The notes: generated from the sequence alone by a model not told the origin. A stretch of DNA of 64,000 nt from an uncultured Methanosarcinales archaeon (GCA_964358315.1 CAYHOF010000005.1:19354-83353), one strand, 5' to 3'. Shown: positions 36,835 through 47,301, counted from the stretch's first letter. Numbers and translations are program-made.

Positions 36835-38343
36835 ATGGCAGAAGAGAAACCCTACGTTGCCTACCGGCTTTCGGCAGACGTGAAGGACAAGGGCATAGGA
36901 TTTTGCATCAAGAAAGCCGTCACGACGTACTTGCAGCATAACAACCTGACAGGCAAGCTGTGTGAGACAAAAGCGACATCCGACCAATTCGAGGGTGTTC
37001 TGCACATCTATCCTAACGGCAATCTTGACCTCAACATGAACGCGCTTGTCGCACACATCGAGGGCAGCGGACGCATGCCGAGCAAGGAATCTCGCAAGCC
37101 AACAATCCATATCGAGCCAGTCATCCCCGCCGAATACGGACAGTTGGTCGAGCGGGCGCCGGTCGCTTCGGATGATCAATGGGTGAAGACCGTGGATCAG
37201 TTGCACACGGCCCACGCACAGGAGGTCGAGGGGTTCCAACAAAGGGCCTCCAGCCTCACGCATGCAGTTGAAGGACAGAAGCGGCTTCTCGAGGACAAGG
37301 ACGGGAAGATCCGCTCACTTGAGGCTCGTCTCAAGACGATGAGCGAGACCGAATTCGACTCGCCTCTCAAGGCGGTCATCGATGGTTATCTCCGCAAAGG
37401 ATTAGAGACGTTCTGGCCTGTCTATATCGATCATGAGATGATAACATCCAATGATGATGTTGATTTTTTCATTCGTTGTTCGGTTGGAGAACGCAGGCCG
37501 GCGTTCTTTGAATACATCAACGACAAGCACAAACGAACCTTCAAATCAGATGAGGATCTCTTTGAGTGGCAACAAAAGACTCAGACATATGACAGTTGGC
37601 GCGTGACGCCAAACGGCATGGCCGTGCTTGCAGGCTTCGCAGCGTATGAGTGCGATCTGCATGCGGTGCAAGCGGCCGAGAAGAGTCAGGCAAGTCCTGC
37701 GATGATCGACGCGATGCGCAGCGTTCTCACCAAACATGACGTGCCTTCCATTGAAGCTAAGAAGGTTACGTGCGAGCGCGAGCACGCAGAGGACCGTGCC
37801 ATGTTTGGGACGCTTTCCTCGTTACGGGAATCGTACAGGGAGCTTCTGCAAGTACTTGATAATTCTAGCAAACGCAGAGAGGCGAAATCAGCCATGATGC
37901 TGTTGGTGCACCGTATCCAAGGGTCTGAATCCAAAGTGTCGGTCTACATGCCCTCGTTCGAGGCAAACCATGCGCTTCATAGCTGCCTCAACGAGGCAGT
38001 CACAAGGCAAGTGGCGGTTGGAGGAGACCGTGAGCGGGTCATTGAGGTCAAGGCGCGTTGGGAATCGACGCCGTATTCCAATGAAATCGTGCGGCTTGAC
38101 TTCATGATCGAGCCTCAACTTGATACTCTTACGTTACACGGCCTGCATTCGACTGTCACAGAGGACATCATGCAATCATTCCCTGTCACTGAGCTTCCGA
38201 TGGCGCTTGGTGTAGTACCAACGCCGATATTGCTCAAAGAGCAGCAAGGAATCATGGGATTCGGCGAGAAAACACCGCATGAGGCATTACAGGAATTCGT
38301 GGCCCGCCAAAACCAACAAGGCACTGCAGATCCAACGCAGTGA
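36835..38343 (+). CDS. hypothetical protein (502 aa, coiled-coil-like central region)
   Basis: Long ORF after an AT-rich promoter-like spacer. No motifs. Confidence 0.5.
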   Translation: MAEEKPYVAYRLSADVKDKGIGFCIKKAVTTYLQHNNLTGKLCETKATSDQFEGVLHIYPNGNLDLNMNALVAHIEGSGRMPSKESRKPTIHIEPVIPAEYGQLVERAPVASDDQWVKTVDQLHTAHAQEVEGFQQRASSLTHAVEGQKRLLEDKDGKIRSLEARLKTMSETEFDSPLKAVIDGYLRKGLETFWPVYIDHEMITSNDDVDFFIRCSVGERRPAFFEYINDKHKRTFKSDEDLFEWQQKTQTYDSWRVTPNGMAVLAGFAAYECDLHAVQAAEKSQASPAMIDAMRSVLTKHDVPSIEAKKVTCEREHAEDRAMFGTLSSLRESYRELLQVLDNSSKRREAKSAMMLLVHRIQGSESKVSVYMPSFEANHALHSCLNEAVTRQVAVGGDRERVIEVKARWESTPYSNEIVRLDFMIEPQLDTLTLHGLHSTVTEDIMQSFPVTELPMALGVVPTPILLKEQQGIMGFGEKTPHEALQEFVARQNQQGTADPTQ

Positions 38344-38392
38344 TTACCTCAGATCGTCTTGTCCTATCTCGATATCATTCGTGAAATCGACA

Positions 38393-39709
38393 TCACGCCT
38401 TTATCGCATTGCTCAGCTCGGCGACTTTCGCGTCCAAGAGCGCTTTCGTGTCTGCTTCGATGTTGAGTCGCAAGAGCGGTTCGGTGTTGCTTGGGCGGAC
38501 GTTGAACCACCAGTCGTCGAACTCGATCGTGATGCCATCAAGGTCGGAGAACGTGCCGGTGCTGTAGCGTTCGCGCAGCCGTTGCATGACCTTTTGTTTG
38601 TCCTTGACGGTGAAGTTGATCTCGCCGCTGGCGAAATACGTGAGCAAGGGCGCCGCGAGCGCTGAGAGCTTTTGCTTGCTCGAGCACACGAGGCCCAGCA
38701 TGAGGACGAGCGTGATGTCGCCGCTGTCCGCATAGCTGTTGGACGCGTAATAATAATGCCCGCTGAGTTCGCCGGCGAAGATGGCACCAGTCTCACGCAT
38801 CGTGGCCTTGATGAAGCTGTGGCCCACGCGCGTCATGAGCGCGTTGCCGCCGAGCGTTTCGATGCGTTGACGCACCGCCTTGCTTGAACGCAGGTCGTAG
38901 AGGATCGTCGCCTTCGGTTTTTGCTTGAGCAATTGTTCGGCGATGAGCGCGGTGATGAAGTCTGGCTGGATGAGAATGCCTTTTTCGTCCACGAAAAAGA
39001 CGCGGTCGCAGTCAGCGTCGTACGCGACGCCGAACTCTGCGTTATTCTTCACGACCGCTTTGGCCAGTGCGTCTGTCGCGCCGACAAGGAACGGGTTCGG
39101 CCCGCGGCCTGGAAAGTTGCCGTCACGTTCGAAGAACAAGGGGACGATCTCAATGCCGATCTTGCGTGCGATCTCGCCGACTGCGATGCTCGCGGCGCCA
39201 TTGCCTGCGTCCACCACGACCTTCATCTTCCGGTCGATGCCTGCCGCGTACAACGCCACGTCGTCGACGAACTCCTTGAGGATGTCCATCGTCGTGACGC
39301 GGCCTTTCTTCTTCACATCAGGGAATTTCTTTTGCGCGACGAGCGCTTCGATCTCCTTGAGGCCGCTCTCGGAGCCGATTGGGACGGCGCCTTTGCGGCA
39401 CGGCTTGAAGCCGTTGTACTCTTTCGGCGTGTGGCTGGCCGTGATCATCACGGCGTGCTCGCGTCGCGCCGCGAAATACAGCATGTTGGTCGAGCAGAGC
39501 CCGATGTCCTTGACATTGCAGCCCTGGTCAGTGACGCCCTCGATGAATTTCTTGTGCAACGCCGGGCTCGAGTGGCGCACGTCATAGCCGACGATGATGG
39601 TCGAGGCGTCGAGAAAAATGACGAGCGCACGGCCGAAGTCATACGCGAACTGCTCATCGAGCTCGTTCGGGTAGACGCCGCGGATATCGTATGCTTTGAA
39701 CACTCCCAT
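38393..39709 (-). CDS. phosphoglucomutase/phosphomannomutase
   Basis: Active-site ITASHTPKEYNGFK (TASHNP-type). Sugar-binding GELSGHYY region. Confidence 0.85.
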   Translation of the reverse strand: MGVFKAYDIRGVYPNELDEQFAYDFGRALVIFLDASTIIVGYDVRHSSPALHKKFIEGVTDQGCNVKDIGLCSTNMLYFAARREHAVMITASHTPKEYNGFKPCRKGAVPIGSESGLKEIEALVAQKKFPDVKKKGRVTTMDILKEFVDDVALYAAGIDRKMKVVVDAGNGAASIAVGEIARKIGIEIVPLFFERDGNFPGRGPNPFLVGATDALAKAVVKNNAEFGVAYDADCDRVFFVDEKGILIQPDFITALIAEQLLKQKPKATILYDLRSSKAVRQRIETLGGNALMTRVGHSFIKATMRETGAIFAGELSGHYYYASNSYADSGDITLVLMLGLVCSSKQKLSALAAPLLTYFASGEINFTVKDKQKVMQRLRERYSTGTFSDLDGITIEFDDWWFNVRPSNTEPLLRLNIEADTKALLDAKVAELSNAIKA

Positions 39710-39751
39710 CAGTCACACCTATGTGCGCGTGGAGCGTGGTGGTTAAAAACG

Positions 39752-40198
39752 TTATGGCGCGGGCAATGTGCTGCTGTCCTGGCGTATCCACTGGGTGATA
39801 TTGCTCAACTCGGCGGCGAGGGCGTGTTCGAGTCCTTGCTGTGTCGAAGAGAGCGGCCCAATGACCTGTCTGTGTTTTTTCCAGCCAGTGATGGCATTGT
39901 TGACGAGATGCGCTTGCGCAGCGAGAATGTACCTCATGTTGCCTGTTGTCAGGTCATCGAGGTGCTGTAACGCATACCATGCGTCTTGGAAGTCACACGA
40001 ACCTGGCTTGCCACCGGTTGCAGTGTACGCACCATTGATGAGTTGCATGACGACGTCGCGTACCGTGCATTGATTCTGCGGTGGATCGTAGCGTTCAAGA
40101 AGACGGATGTACCTGCCGGCGAGGCCATTGAGACTCTTCAGTTGGTCATCCATAACAACACTCACTTCATTCACTTGCGCATGTGCAACGACGGCCAT
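39752..40198 (-). CDS. hypothetical protein
   Basis: ORF only. Confidence 0.35.
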   Translation of the reverse strand: MAVVAHAQVNEVSVVMDDQLKSLNGLAGRYIRLLERYDPPQNQCTVRDVVMQLINGAYTATGGKPGSCDFQDAWYALQHLDDLTTGNMRYILAAQAHLVNNAITGWKKHRQVIGPLSSTQQGLEHALAAELSNITQWIRQDSSTLPAP

Positions 40199-40501
40199 TC
40201 AAGGCCGTACTTGCGGGCGCGTGCTTGTTCGAGGCTTACGAGGCGACGGCATTCCACACACCACTTGCGCATAGGACTCAGGCTTTGTACTGGACCGCTG
40301 CACCGCTGGCACATGACCTGCACTGTTTGTTGCATGCTCTCCCCCGTCTTCCTCACCTGTGGTGGTGGCGCGAGGGGCGATTTATATTGATTTCGTAATT
40401 GTAGCGACTTGAGAGTGGTTATCGTTGATGAAACCGTGGTGCGCATATAGTTGCGCGCCATCATCAGCTTTAATAACGTTGCGGAACAGGACCTGCATTG
40501 T

Positions 40502-40897
40502 ATGGAAACGACACTCCTCACCTACGTCGTGCTGTTTTTCACGTTCGGGCTGCTTGGCTGGGTCATCGACACGACATATCAACGCATCATCGACGGGTAC
40601 TGGCTCTCGCATACGTACATCCCGTTCTTCGCGGTCATCTATGCAATTGGCGGCACAACACTCGTCCTGTTCTACCAGACAGTCACATTGCTTCCTGCCG
40701 CACAAGTCATGAGCGCCACCGTGATGCTGACGCTCATCGAACTCATCGGTGGCGTGTTTTCTGTCACAGTGCTCAATGTCAGACTATGGGACTATTCGCA
40801 TCACGCACTGAATTTCATGGGGCACATCGACGCGCTGCACACGTTCTATTGGTTCCTGTTCGCGCTCGGCTTCAGGATCATCATGATGTACGTCTAG
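40502..40897 (+). CDS. small polytopic membrane protein
   Basis: Four hydrophobic segments. N-terminal FGLLGWVIDTTYQ. Confidence 0.45.
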   Translation: METTLLTYVVLFFTFGLLGWVIDTTYQRIIDGYWLSHTYIPFFAVIYAIGGTTLVLFYQTVTLLPAAQVMSATVMLTLIELIGGVFSVTVLNVRLWDYSHHALNFMGHIDALHTFYWFLFALGFRIIMMYV

Positions 40898-41628
40898 CCC
40901 CAGCGTTCGAAAAAGACGTGCTCGTGCGGCACGTTGAGCTCGTCAAGCAGTTCCTGCACTGATTGCACGAACCCTTGCGGGCCGCAGATGTAGAAGTGCG
41001 CGCCCTTCAGGTTCTTGACGTGTTCTTTGACCATGCGGGTGTTGATGCGCGCGCGATGCCCTTGCCAGTCGCTCTCGGCGGGCTCCTGCGTGAGCGTCTG
41101 CACGTACGAGAAATCGTCATGCTTTTGCGCGCGGTGCTCAAGTTCGTCCTCGAAGATGATGTCGTGCTGCGTCTTGCACGAGAAGATGAGCGTGCAACGG
41201 GATTTCTTGTCAGCGTCTTGGATGTGCCTGAGCATGCTCATGAGCGGCGCGATGCCCGTCCCTGCCGCGAGCAGGCAGACGTCTTGCGGCAACGGTTCGT
41301 TGAGGACGAACTTGCCGTACGGGCCCATGATGTCGACATGCGCGCCTTCTTGTAGCTTGAAGAATGCCTGCGTGAAGAATCCTTCCTTGCGGATGGTGAG
41401 CTCGATCGCGTCCTTGACGAGCGGGCTGCTCGACACGGAATATGGTTTGGGACCGTACTTGGTGCCGTCATGCTCGAAACTCAATGACACGAACATGCCT
41501 GGCGTGAACGTGATGACTTCGTGCTTGACTGGCGTGAGCGTGAACACCGCGACAGTCGGCGTGTGCCTCTCGACCTTCACGAGTTCGAACGTGCGCTTGC
41601 GGGCGAGCGATGCCATCGGAAGCCCCAT
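40894..41628 (-). CDS. FAD/NAD(P)-binding oxidoreductase (ferredoxin-NADP reductase-like)
   Basis: KPYSVSS (RxYS-type FAD site) and GTGIAP NAD(P)-binding motif. It overlaps the bcp stop by 1 nt. Confidence 0.75.
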   Translation of the reverse strand: MGLPMASLARKRTFELVKVERHTPTVAVFTLTPVKHEVITFTPGMFVSLSFEHDGTKYGPKPYSVSSSPLVKDAIELTIRKEGFFTQAFFKLQEGAHVDIMGPYGKFVLNEPLPQDVCLLAAGTGIAPLMSMLRHIQDADKKSRCTLIFSCKTQHDIIFEDELEHRAQKHDDFSYVQTLTQEPAESDWQGHRARINTRMVKEHVKNLKGAHFYICGPQGFVQSVQELLDELNVPHEHVFFERWG

Positions 41629-42098
41629 CAGCGGTCACCGAATGCTGCGAGGACGTCGGCAGCGTGTCCTTCAGGGCTCGCTTTTGGGAAGATGCGCATG
41701 ATCCTGCCGTCCTCGTCGATGAGGAAGGTGGCGCGCGTGATGCCGATGTACGTCTTGCCATACGCGGTCTTCTTGCCCCACACGCCGTAACGCGTGGCCG
41801 CGTCATGTGTCGGGTCGGAAAGTAACGTGAAGCCGAGGTTGTGCTTTGTCGCGAACGCGGCGTGGCTTGCCTCATCGTCCGGGCTGATGCCAAGCACCAC
41901 GATATCCCGCTTCTTGTACTCGAGGGCGGCATCCCTGAACGAGCATGCCTGCGTCGTGCAGCCAGGAGTGTCATCCTGCGGGTAAAAGTAGACCACGACC
42001 CGTTTGCCACGCAATGATGCGAGCGAGACCTTCGCGCCCGTCCTGTCCTTGAGCGAGAAATCCGGCGCGTCGTCCCCGACAGCGAGTGTGATTGACAT
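41628..42098 (-). CDS. bcp: peroxiredoxin (Bcp-type thiol peroxidase)
   Basis: FYPQDDTPGCTTQACSF. Start taken at MSITLAVGDDAPDF, and the longer track ORF is judged an N-terminal over-extension. Confidence 0.8.
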   Translation of the reverse strand: MSITLAVGDDAPDFSLKDRTGAKVSLASLRGKRVVVYFYPQDDTPGCTTQACSFRDAALEYKKRDIVVLGISPDDEASHAAFATKHNLGFTLLSDPTHDAATRYGVWGKKTAYGKTYIGITRATFLIDEDGRIMRIFPKASPEGHAADVLAAFGDR

Positions 42099-42141
42099 GC
42101 CTTCTGAGACCCGTCGGTGATATAAAAGGGTTAGGATGGTT

Positions 42142-42618
42142 TCATCCTTCTCGTGCGATGGCGCGTCCATACCCGCCGATGACGAGTTCGCACGCGTCAC
42201 TGTCTTTTCCTGCACTGTGGACGGCGAACACGTCTGCCACATAGATGTAGACACCGCCGATACGCTCCACGTCACCTTTGTCGATCCAGGCGAACTCGCG
42301 CCCGACGCGCACGCCGCACCGCTCTTCGGACTCATCGACGTCGATGACCTGGACGCGGATGACGGTCTTGACAGGGACGGGTGTCGTTGGACTCGAGGTC
42401 ACTGGCTGCATGTCTTGCGGGGCGGTGACGGTCTGGTTCGTCGCGACCACGAACGACACCGCTTCGATCTGGAGAGGAGCTCGTGGGACAGGTCCTATGG
42501 TGAGTGGCGTGCGGCCAAACAGCCCTATGGCAACCATGATGGCGCCTAGCGCCAGCAAGGTAATGAACCATCCTGAGGTAATGAACCATCCTGGCATACT
42601 CTTCATCCTCTTTTTCAT
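42142..42618 (-). CDS. membrane-anchored hypothetical protein (contains an in-frame 18-nt tandem duplication)
   Basis: N-terminal anchor [27 protein letters not shown]. The duplicated GWFIT hexapeptide is encoded by a perfect 18-nt tandem repeat. Confidence 0.4.
   Translation of the reverse strand: MKKRMKSMPGWFITSGWFITLLALGAIMVAIGLFGRTPLTIGPVPRAPLQIEAVSFVVATNQTVTAPQDMQPVTSSPTTPVPVKTVIRVQVIDVDESEERCGVRVGREFAWIDKGDVERIGGVYIYVADVFAVHSAGKDSDACELVIGGYGRAIAREG
42558..42593. repeat. perfect 2 x 18-nt tandem duplication (aggtaatgaaccatcctg)
   Basis: Direct reading. It is in frame within the ORF at 42142..42618. Confidence 0.9.
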
Positions 42619-42714
42619 AGGCGTTACGGGCATATGATGCTTGTGGGAATAAAAAGGTTGGCCGCGCAAAGCTTAAATGAGCAGCCGGTCCACCTGGTCG
42701 TGAGGTGCACCACA

Positions 42715-43314
42715 ATGCATGAACTGCCGAAATTATCATACTCTTACGACGCACTCGAGCCGCATATCGATGCGAAGACGATGGAGATCCATCACACCAA
42801 GCACCACCAGACGTACGTGGACAAGCTCAATGCCGCGCTCAAGGACCATCCTGACCTGCAGAAAAAGACGGCCGAGGAATTGCTCAAGGACCTCAATGCC
42901 GTTCCTGAGGCGATCCGCGGCGCGGTACGCAATCACGGCGGCGGCCATGTGAACCATGCGTTCTTCTGGCAATCGCTCAAGAAAGACGTGAAATGTTCAG
43001 GGAAGATCGCGGAGGCGATCGACCAGAAGTGGGGTTCCTTTGATACGTTCAAGACAGAGTTCACCAACGCCGCCCTCAACAGGTTCGGCAGCGGCTGGGC
43101 GTGGCTTGTGAGCCACCAAGGACATCTCGAGATTGTGAGCACTGCAAACCAGGACAGCCCGCTCACTGATGGTAAAACGCCGCTGCTCGGCATCGACGTA
43201 TGGGAACATGCGTACTATCTCAAGTACCAATGGAAGCGTGCCGACTACGTCAACGCGTTCTTCAACGTGATAGACTGGCACAAAGTCGACGAGAATCTCG
43301 CGAAGGCAGACTGA
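42715..43314 (+). CDS. sod: Fe/Mn superoxide dismutase
   Basis: [10 protein letters not shown], metal ligands, and DVWEHAYY signature. Confidence 0.9.
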   Translation: MHELPKLSYSYDALEPHIDAKTMEIHHTKHHQTYVDKLNAALKDHPDLQKKTAEELLKDLNAVPEAIRGAVRNHGGGHVNHAFFWQSLKKDVKCSGKIAEAIDQKWGSFDTFKTEFTNAALNRFGSGWAWLVSHQGHLEIVSTANQDSPLTDGKTPLLGIDVWEHAYYLKYQWKRADYVNAFFNVIDWHKVDENLAKAD

Positions 43315-43346
43315 CGCACTAGTTTCACTAGGGACAATCCGTATTA

Positions 43347-43868
43347 GTGGTCGCGCCTGTCATGGGATGCATGCCGCCGTCCCAGTTGCCGCCTGACATC
43401 GTGCAGTACCTCAAGACACTCACGCTCCACGACGGGTATTCTGATGAGAGCAGGGGATTCCAGACATGGCATTGCCGGAGTTTCGGGTTCGACGACACGT
43501 TGGACGCGTTCGTCATCGAGGACGTGGTGCACGAGTACCGCATCACGTCAGGGTGGGAGAAGGAACTGCGCTTTTACGTGCCTCGCGACCACGGGCTGCG
43601 CCTTGTACACGCGTTCCGTGACGATGGCCGGGCTGAATTGAAAGGGATGGGCGTACGCACCGAGCAAGAGAAAGACTGGGATGAGGAGGACTGCATGACG
43701 CCGGGTCGCATCATCGTGCAGCCGCATCATGCGGGTGGCGCGCTGGTCGTGCAAGGCGCCGCACTCAAGCTCGAGAAGCTGGTCTACTGGCCTGCCGGTA
43801 TCGGGATGGAATGCAATGAGGACGGTGTCAAGGATGCCGTTGTGCAGGCGCTTGGGCGCCTGGTTTAG
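43347..43868 (+). CDS. hypothetical protein
   Basis: ORF only. Confidence 0.35.
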   Translation: MVAPVMGCMPPSQLPPDIVQYLKTLTLHDGYSDESRGFQTWHCRSFGFDDTLDAFVIEDVVHEYRITSGWEKELRFYVPRDHGLRLVHAFRDDGRAELKGMGVRTEQEKDWDEEDCMTPGRIIVQPHHAGGALVVQGAALKLEKLVYWPAGIGMECNEDGVKDAVVQALGRLV

Positions 43869-43918
43869 TGCACCGCACGCCACAAATCCTTTAATACGGG
43901 AATGTGGGCGTCGGTGTC

Positions 43919-44440
43919 ATGAAAATAGCGGTGATAGGGACGCATTCCACAGGTAAGACCACGCTCTGTCATGACATCGTCGCCGCGCTGCGGCACGTGG
44001 GCAGGGACGCGCAGGTCGTCAATGAAGTGGCGCGCGGCTCGCCATTGCCTGTGAACGAGAACACGTCCTTCGACGCGCAGTACTGGGTGCTCGCCACGCA
44101 GATCAAGCACGAGATCGAGTACGGCACGCTGCACGAGACGATCGTGTGCGACCGCGGCGTGATCGACAATTTCATGTACTTGCTGCGACGCTTCCCGGAC
44201 AAGGCTGCGTTGCTCACGCCGCTCGTGCTCGAGCACTGCAAACGGTACGACCTCATCATCCGCACGCTCATCGAGAAAGACGCGGAGAAAGATAGCTTCC
44301 GCTCGGTCGACCAGGGATTCCGGGAAGAGATCGACGCCATGCTCGGGACGTTCCTTGAGACGCACGGCATCCCGCACGTCACGATCACGGGCAACGACAA
44401 GGTCGCCAAGATCGTGTCGCTCATCCAGGAGGCGCCATGA
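43919..44440 (+). CDS. small P-loop NTPase (AAA_28/NadR-kinase-like)
   Basis: Walker A IAVIGTHSTGKTTL. Walker B-like YDLIIRT. ATGA overlap with the HD-domain gene. Confidence 0.55.
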   Translation: MKIAVIGTHSTGKTTLCHDIVAALRHVGRDAQVVNEVARGSPLPVNENTSFDAQYWVLATQIKHEIEYGTLHETIVCDRGVIDNFMYLLRRFPDKAALLTPLVLEHCKRYDLIIRTLIEKDAEKDSFRSVDQGFREEIDAMLGTFLETHGIPHVTITGNDKVAKIVSLIQEAP

Positions 44441-45696
44441 GGACGCGCGTGCGTGTGCCGCTCAATGGCAGTGGTGCCGCTGTCGACTTCGATGACTGCC
44501 CGAACGTGTTCCTGCACAGGCACGTGCAGCTCATGAACGGCAGGCAGCAGCTCGCGCTCGCCAAGTGGCCCTTCCCTGACGCGCAGCACGCGCGCCTCGG
44601 CCACTGCGTCGGTTCAGGCTATTTTGCCGCGCAGCTGGGCACCGCTGTCGGACTGCCGCGCGATGAAGTGCTCGCGCTCAAGATCGCAGGCCTCACGCAT
44701 GACATAGGGCATGGCGCGTGTTCGCACGTGATCGAGAGCATCACGAAACTCTATGGTGTCGAGCATCACGACATGACGCTCGAGAAGCTCACGGAAATGC
44801 AGCACGTGATCCAGCAATACTGCGACTATGGTCTCGTGCGAGCCATCCTTGAAGGAGAGCACGCGCTCAGCCCGTTCGTCTCCAGCATCGTCGGCGGCGA
44901 CAAGGTGGACTATGTCATGCGCGACCGCCACCATTGCGGCTTCGAGACAAAGGTCGACCCTCGACACATCTATGCTGGCGCGAGACTCGTCGGTCCCGAG
45001 CGTCGCCTGGCGTTCGAGCACAGGACCAAGGCGCTCACCAACCTCTTGCGGGAATGGTGGGGCGCGCACACCGAGATTTACCTGCACAAGGAGGTCGAGA
45101 TCCCGCGCGCCATGTTCAGGAGGGCGGCCAACTTCCACCACGACGCGACAGGGTGGGATTGCAACGACATCTATGACATGCTTGATTCCGACTTGGAAGC
45201 GCTGTTCCGTTCTTCCCCGAGCGCTGCGAGCGACTTGCAGCGGCACATCGATCATGGCGCGCAGTACCATGTGTATGGCGCGCTGCACCACGACATGCAG
45301 GAGCCGGAGAATGACACGGTAGTGACGTCATTGAAGCCAGGCGAATTCACGTTGCGTCACGCGTTCGCGCTCGAAGCGGAATTGTCGAAGGAAGCAGGCA
45401 TCCCTCGCCATGGCGTCATCGTGACCGTGAGCGACGGCATCGACCGCCTCCACGCAAAAGGGAAGGCGAACGGCATCTACGAGGTCGGGCGTGATGGCGT
45501 GCCCAAACCGTTTGGCGACCAGCATCCTGGCGTGGTCAACGGGCTTGAGCACGACACGTACCGGCATTTCGCGCTGCGCGTCGTGGTGCTGCCAGAATAC
45601 TGGGAGAAGGCCCGCAGCAGCCTGCCGCCGCTCGCGGAAATCAACGCAAGGGCAGAAGAGATGGCACGACAACCATACGACGCAGTCAAGCGCTGA
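44437..45696 (+). CDS. HD-domain phosphohydrolase, dNTP triphosphohydrolase (dGTPase/SAMHD1)-like
   Basis: HCVGSGYFAA...LTHDIGHGACSHV and DKVDYVMRDRHHCGF match the dGTPase-family H..HD and D.ldYl.RD motifs. Confidence 0.65.
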   Translation: MRTRVRVPLNGSGAAVDFDDCPNVFLHRHVQLMNGRQQLALAKWPFPDAQHARLGHCVGSGYFAAQLGTAVGLPRDEVLALKIAGLTHDIGHGACSHVIESITKLYGVEHHDMTLEKLTEMQHVIQQYCDYGLVRAILEGEHALSPFVSSIVGGDKVDYVMRDRHHCGFETKVDPRHIYAGARLVGPERRLAFEHRTKALTNLLREWWGAHTEIYLHKEVEIPRAMFRRAANFHHDATGWDCNDIYDMLDSDLEALFRSSPSAASDLQRHIDHGAQYHVYGALHHDMQEPENDTVVTSLKPGEFTLRHAFALEAELSKEAGIPRHGVIVTVSDGIDRLHAKGKANGIYEVGRDGVPKPFGDQHPGVVNGLEHDTYRHFALRVVVLPEYWEKARSSLPPLAEINARAEEMARQPYDAVKR

Positions 45697-46075
45697 CGTG
45701 CTGTTCTCGTGCCACGAGCGCCATCTTCATGACTTTGTAGCCGAGCAGCGCGCACTTGAGACGCATGCCGCTGATGGGCACGTTCAGCATGGTGAGCACT
45801 TCTTGCTTGTCCATGGTCGCCGCTTGCTTGACGGTCTTGCCGACGAGCGACTCGGCGAGCATGCTTGCCGCCGCGAGCGAGATGGCGCAGCCACTGCCAT
45901 CGAACTTGGCGTCGGTGATGGTGTCATTATCCACTGCGAGCGTGATGGTCATCTCGTCGCCGCAGGACGTGTTGACGTCGTGCGCGTGCGCGTGCGTGCC
46001 TTCGATGACGCCTTTGTTGCGCGGGTTGCGGAAATAGTCCAGGATGATCTCCTGGTACATCTGTTCGCTGCTCAT
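45686..46075 (-). CDS. sufU: SufU/IscU-like sulfur-transfer protein of the SUF system
   Basis: NPRNKG, CGDEM, GSGCAIS. Confidence 0.85.
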   Translation of the reverse strand: MSSEQMYQEIILDYFRNPRNKGVIEGTHAHAHDVNTSCGDEMTITLAVDNDTITDAKFDGSGCAISLAAASMLAESLVGKTVKQAATMDKQEVLTMLNVPISGMRLKCALLGYKVMKMALVAREQHVSA

Positions 46076-47301
46076 CGTCCGAAGACCTCTTGGCAGTGGC
46101 GTAGGCCGTCGATGAGCGCGTCCACGTCTTCGACCGTGTTGTAGACGTAGAAGCTCACCCTGCAGCTCGCTTCGATGCCCAGCGCCCGGTGCAGTGGCAT
46201 GGCACAGTGGTGGCCGCTGCGCACCGCGATGCCTTGGTCGTCGAGCAGCGACGCGACGTCGTGCGCAGGGATGCCTTCCACGACGAAGGGCAGCACGCCA
46301 AGGCGTTGCGAAGGGTCGTTGGGCCCGAGGACCGTGATGCCCGGCACTGCCGCAAGCCGCTGCAATGCGTACGTCGTGAGGTGGCGTTCGTGCGCTTCGA
46401 CGTCCTTCATGCCGATGTTATTCAGGTTCTCGATCGCTTTCGCCAACCCGATGGCGCCTGCCACGTTCGGCGTGCCTGCCTCGAACTTTTGCGGCACGTC
46501 GTTCCACGTGCTGCCCTCGAGCGCGACCTCCCGTATCATGTCGCCGCCGACAAGGAAGGGCGGCATGCGTTCAAGCAGTTTCTTCCTGCCATACAGCACG
46601 CGGATGCCCATGGGCCCGAGCATTTTGTGGCCTGAGAACACCATGAAATCACAATCGAGGTCGTCGACATCGACTGCCATGTGCGGCACGCTCTGCGCTG
46701 CGTCGAGCAGCACGAGCGCGCCTGCCGCGTGCGCCTTGCGGATCATGTCCTTCGCAGGATTGATCGTGCCAAGCACGTTGGAGACGTGGGTGAATGCGAA
46801 AAGTTTTGGTTTGTGCTGCAGCAGTTCGGCGAGGTCGTCCTGGCGCAGCACGCCGTTTTCGTCGACGCGGACGTAGCCGATGCGCGCACCTGCTTCTTTG
46901 GCGAGTTCCTGCCAGGGCACGATGTTGCTGTGGTGCTCTGCCTGCGTGAGCACGATCATGTCGCCGTTCTTGACGTTCTGGCGCGCCCACGTGCGCGCGA
47001 CAAGGTTGATGGCCTCGGTGGCGTTGCGCACGAACACGATCTGGTCAGTGTCGGTGTTGATGAATTTCGCGACTGTCGCGCGTGCGTTCTCGTACGCCTC
47101 GGTCGCCTTGACGCTCAAGGTGTGCACGCCGCGGTGGACGTTGGCGTTGAGCGTTTGGTAGAACGTGCGTTCTGCATCCAGCACGGAGACAGGTTTCTGT
47201 GATGTCGCCGCGCTGTCGAGATAGACGAGGCGTTTGCCATTCACGGTGCGTTGCAGCAGCGGGAATTGCTGGCGTACTTGCGCGAAGATGCGTTCGTTCA
47301 T
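46072..47301 (-). CDS. sufS: cysteine desulfurase SufS
   Basis: PLP-lysine region FSGHKMLGPMGIRVLYG and C-terminal RSGHHCAMP. Confidence 0.9.
   Translation of the reverse strand: MNERIFAQVRQQFPLLQRTVNGKRLVYLDSAATSQKPVSVLDAERTFYQTLNANVHRGVHTLSVKATEAYENARATVAKFINTDTDQIVFVRNATEAINLVARTWARQNVKNGDMIVLTQAEHHSNIVPWQELAKEAGARIGYVRVDENGVLRQDDLAELLQHKPKLFAFTHVSNVLGTINPAKDMIRKAHAAGALVLLDAAQSVPHMAVDVDDLDCDFMVFSGHKMLGPMGIRVLYGRKKLLERMPPFLVGGDMIREVALEGSTWNDVPQKFEAGTPNVAGAIGLAKAIENLNNIGMKDVEAHERHLTTYALQRLAAVPGITVLGPNDPSQRLGVLPFVVEGIPAHDVASLLDDQGIAVRSGHHCAMPLHRALGIEASCRVSFYVYNTVEDVDALIDGLRHCQEVFGR

Noticed and set aside
35839-39970. Plus-strand acidic ORFs 35839..36591 and 38921..39970 opposite the hypothetical gene and phosphoglucomutase
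   Set aside because: Extremely Asp/Glu/Arg-rich translations characteristic of GC-rich antisense frames. The pgm sense frame has the TASHNP-type active site.
41628-42335. Full 235-aa track ORF for the peroxiredoxin with a Ser/Ala-rich N-terminal extension
   Set aside because: The extension is low-complexity and not part of the peroxiredoxin fold. The internal start MSITLAVGDDAPDF at 42098 gives a normal-length Bcp.
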